Below, one piece after another: positions 17,218 through 17,514 of a stretch of 17,514 bases of DNA. The notes beneath the pieces were generated by a model. It had not been told where the DNA came from. It saw only the letters and a list, made by a program, of their open reading frames with translations, and ran no database searches. The translations under genes were made by a program, and so were the position numbers. Numbering within the stretch: position 1 is the stretch's first letter; every line of letters begins with the position of its first letter. The DNA is from Gemmatimonadaceae bacterium (GTDB taxonomy: Bacteria; Gemmatimonadota; Gemmatimonadetes; Gemmatimonadales; Gemmatimonadaceae), in assembly GCA_040902005.1 (NCBI GenBank), contig JBBDYA010000102.1, forward strand, positions 1 through 17,514, in the 5' to 3' direction.

Positions 17218-17442
17218 ATGTCTTCACGCAATGTCATGGATGCCGGTGGACGTAACTGGGCGTGCAACCAGGACGGTGCCGGTACACAGTCGCAGGGACG
17301 AGACGTGAGCATCCTGTGCACCACGGATTCCGTCACCGCGCCCGTGCGGCTCAGCGTGGGGTGGCAGTGGATGACGATGGCCGACAACGGCTTGGCGCGG
17401 ATGATCGCCAACGCGTCGCCCGTCCCCCGTGTGAAGCGCTAG
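17218..17442 (+). CDS. Small hypothetical protein, 74 aa
   Basis: 3' part of ORF 16975..17442; purine-rich RBS GGGAGAGAG directly upstream; protein-like composition (MSSRNVMDAGGRNWACNQDG...VSILCTTDSVTAPVRLSVGWQWMTMADNGLARMIANASPVPRVKR) with GC3-biased codons. Confidence 0.65.
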   Translation: MSSRNVMDAGGRNWACNQDGAGTQSQGRDVSILCTTDSVTAPVRLSVGWQWMTMADNGLARMIANASPVPRVKR

Positions 17443-17471
17443 GGAACCTCTGAAGAATGAGTGGCTGGAGG

Positions 17472-17514
<43 letters not shown>

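Overview
Very GC-rich bacterial genomic DNA; codon style and gene content suggest Gemmatimonadota, but this is an inference. Ten protein-coding genes, mostly cell-envelope related. Left, minus strand: a probable operon of a 2783-aa cyclic beta-1,2-glucan synthase (Cgs/NdvB/ChvB), a short MscS-family membrane protein, and an MgtE_N/CBS protein truncated by the window edge. Divergent from it: an HI0933/YhiN-family flavoprotein. Then a 9-bp-periodic REP-like palindrome, an uncharacterised translationally coupled pair (polytopic membrane protein plus MIDAS/vWA lipoprotein), a divergent lipoprotein subtilase (I9-S8-PKD-Fn3-like), a DUF192 lipoprotein, a putative outer-membrane beta-barrel and a 74-aa ORF. 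The window ends in a poly-G run that is probably an artefact. No mobile element, CRISPR array or complete RNA gene is seen. Best leads: the membrane protein/vWA pair, a TANNNT-N6-ATG leaderless-promoter signature on four genes, a perfect palindrome over the cgs -10 box, and the cgs-mscS-mgtE_N linkage.
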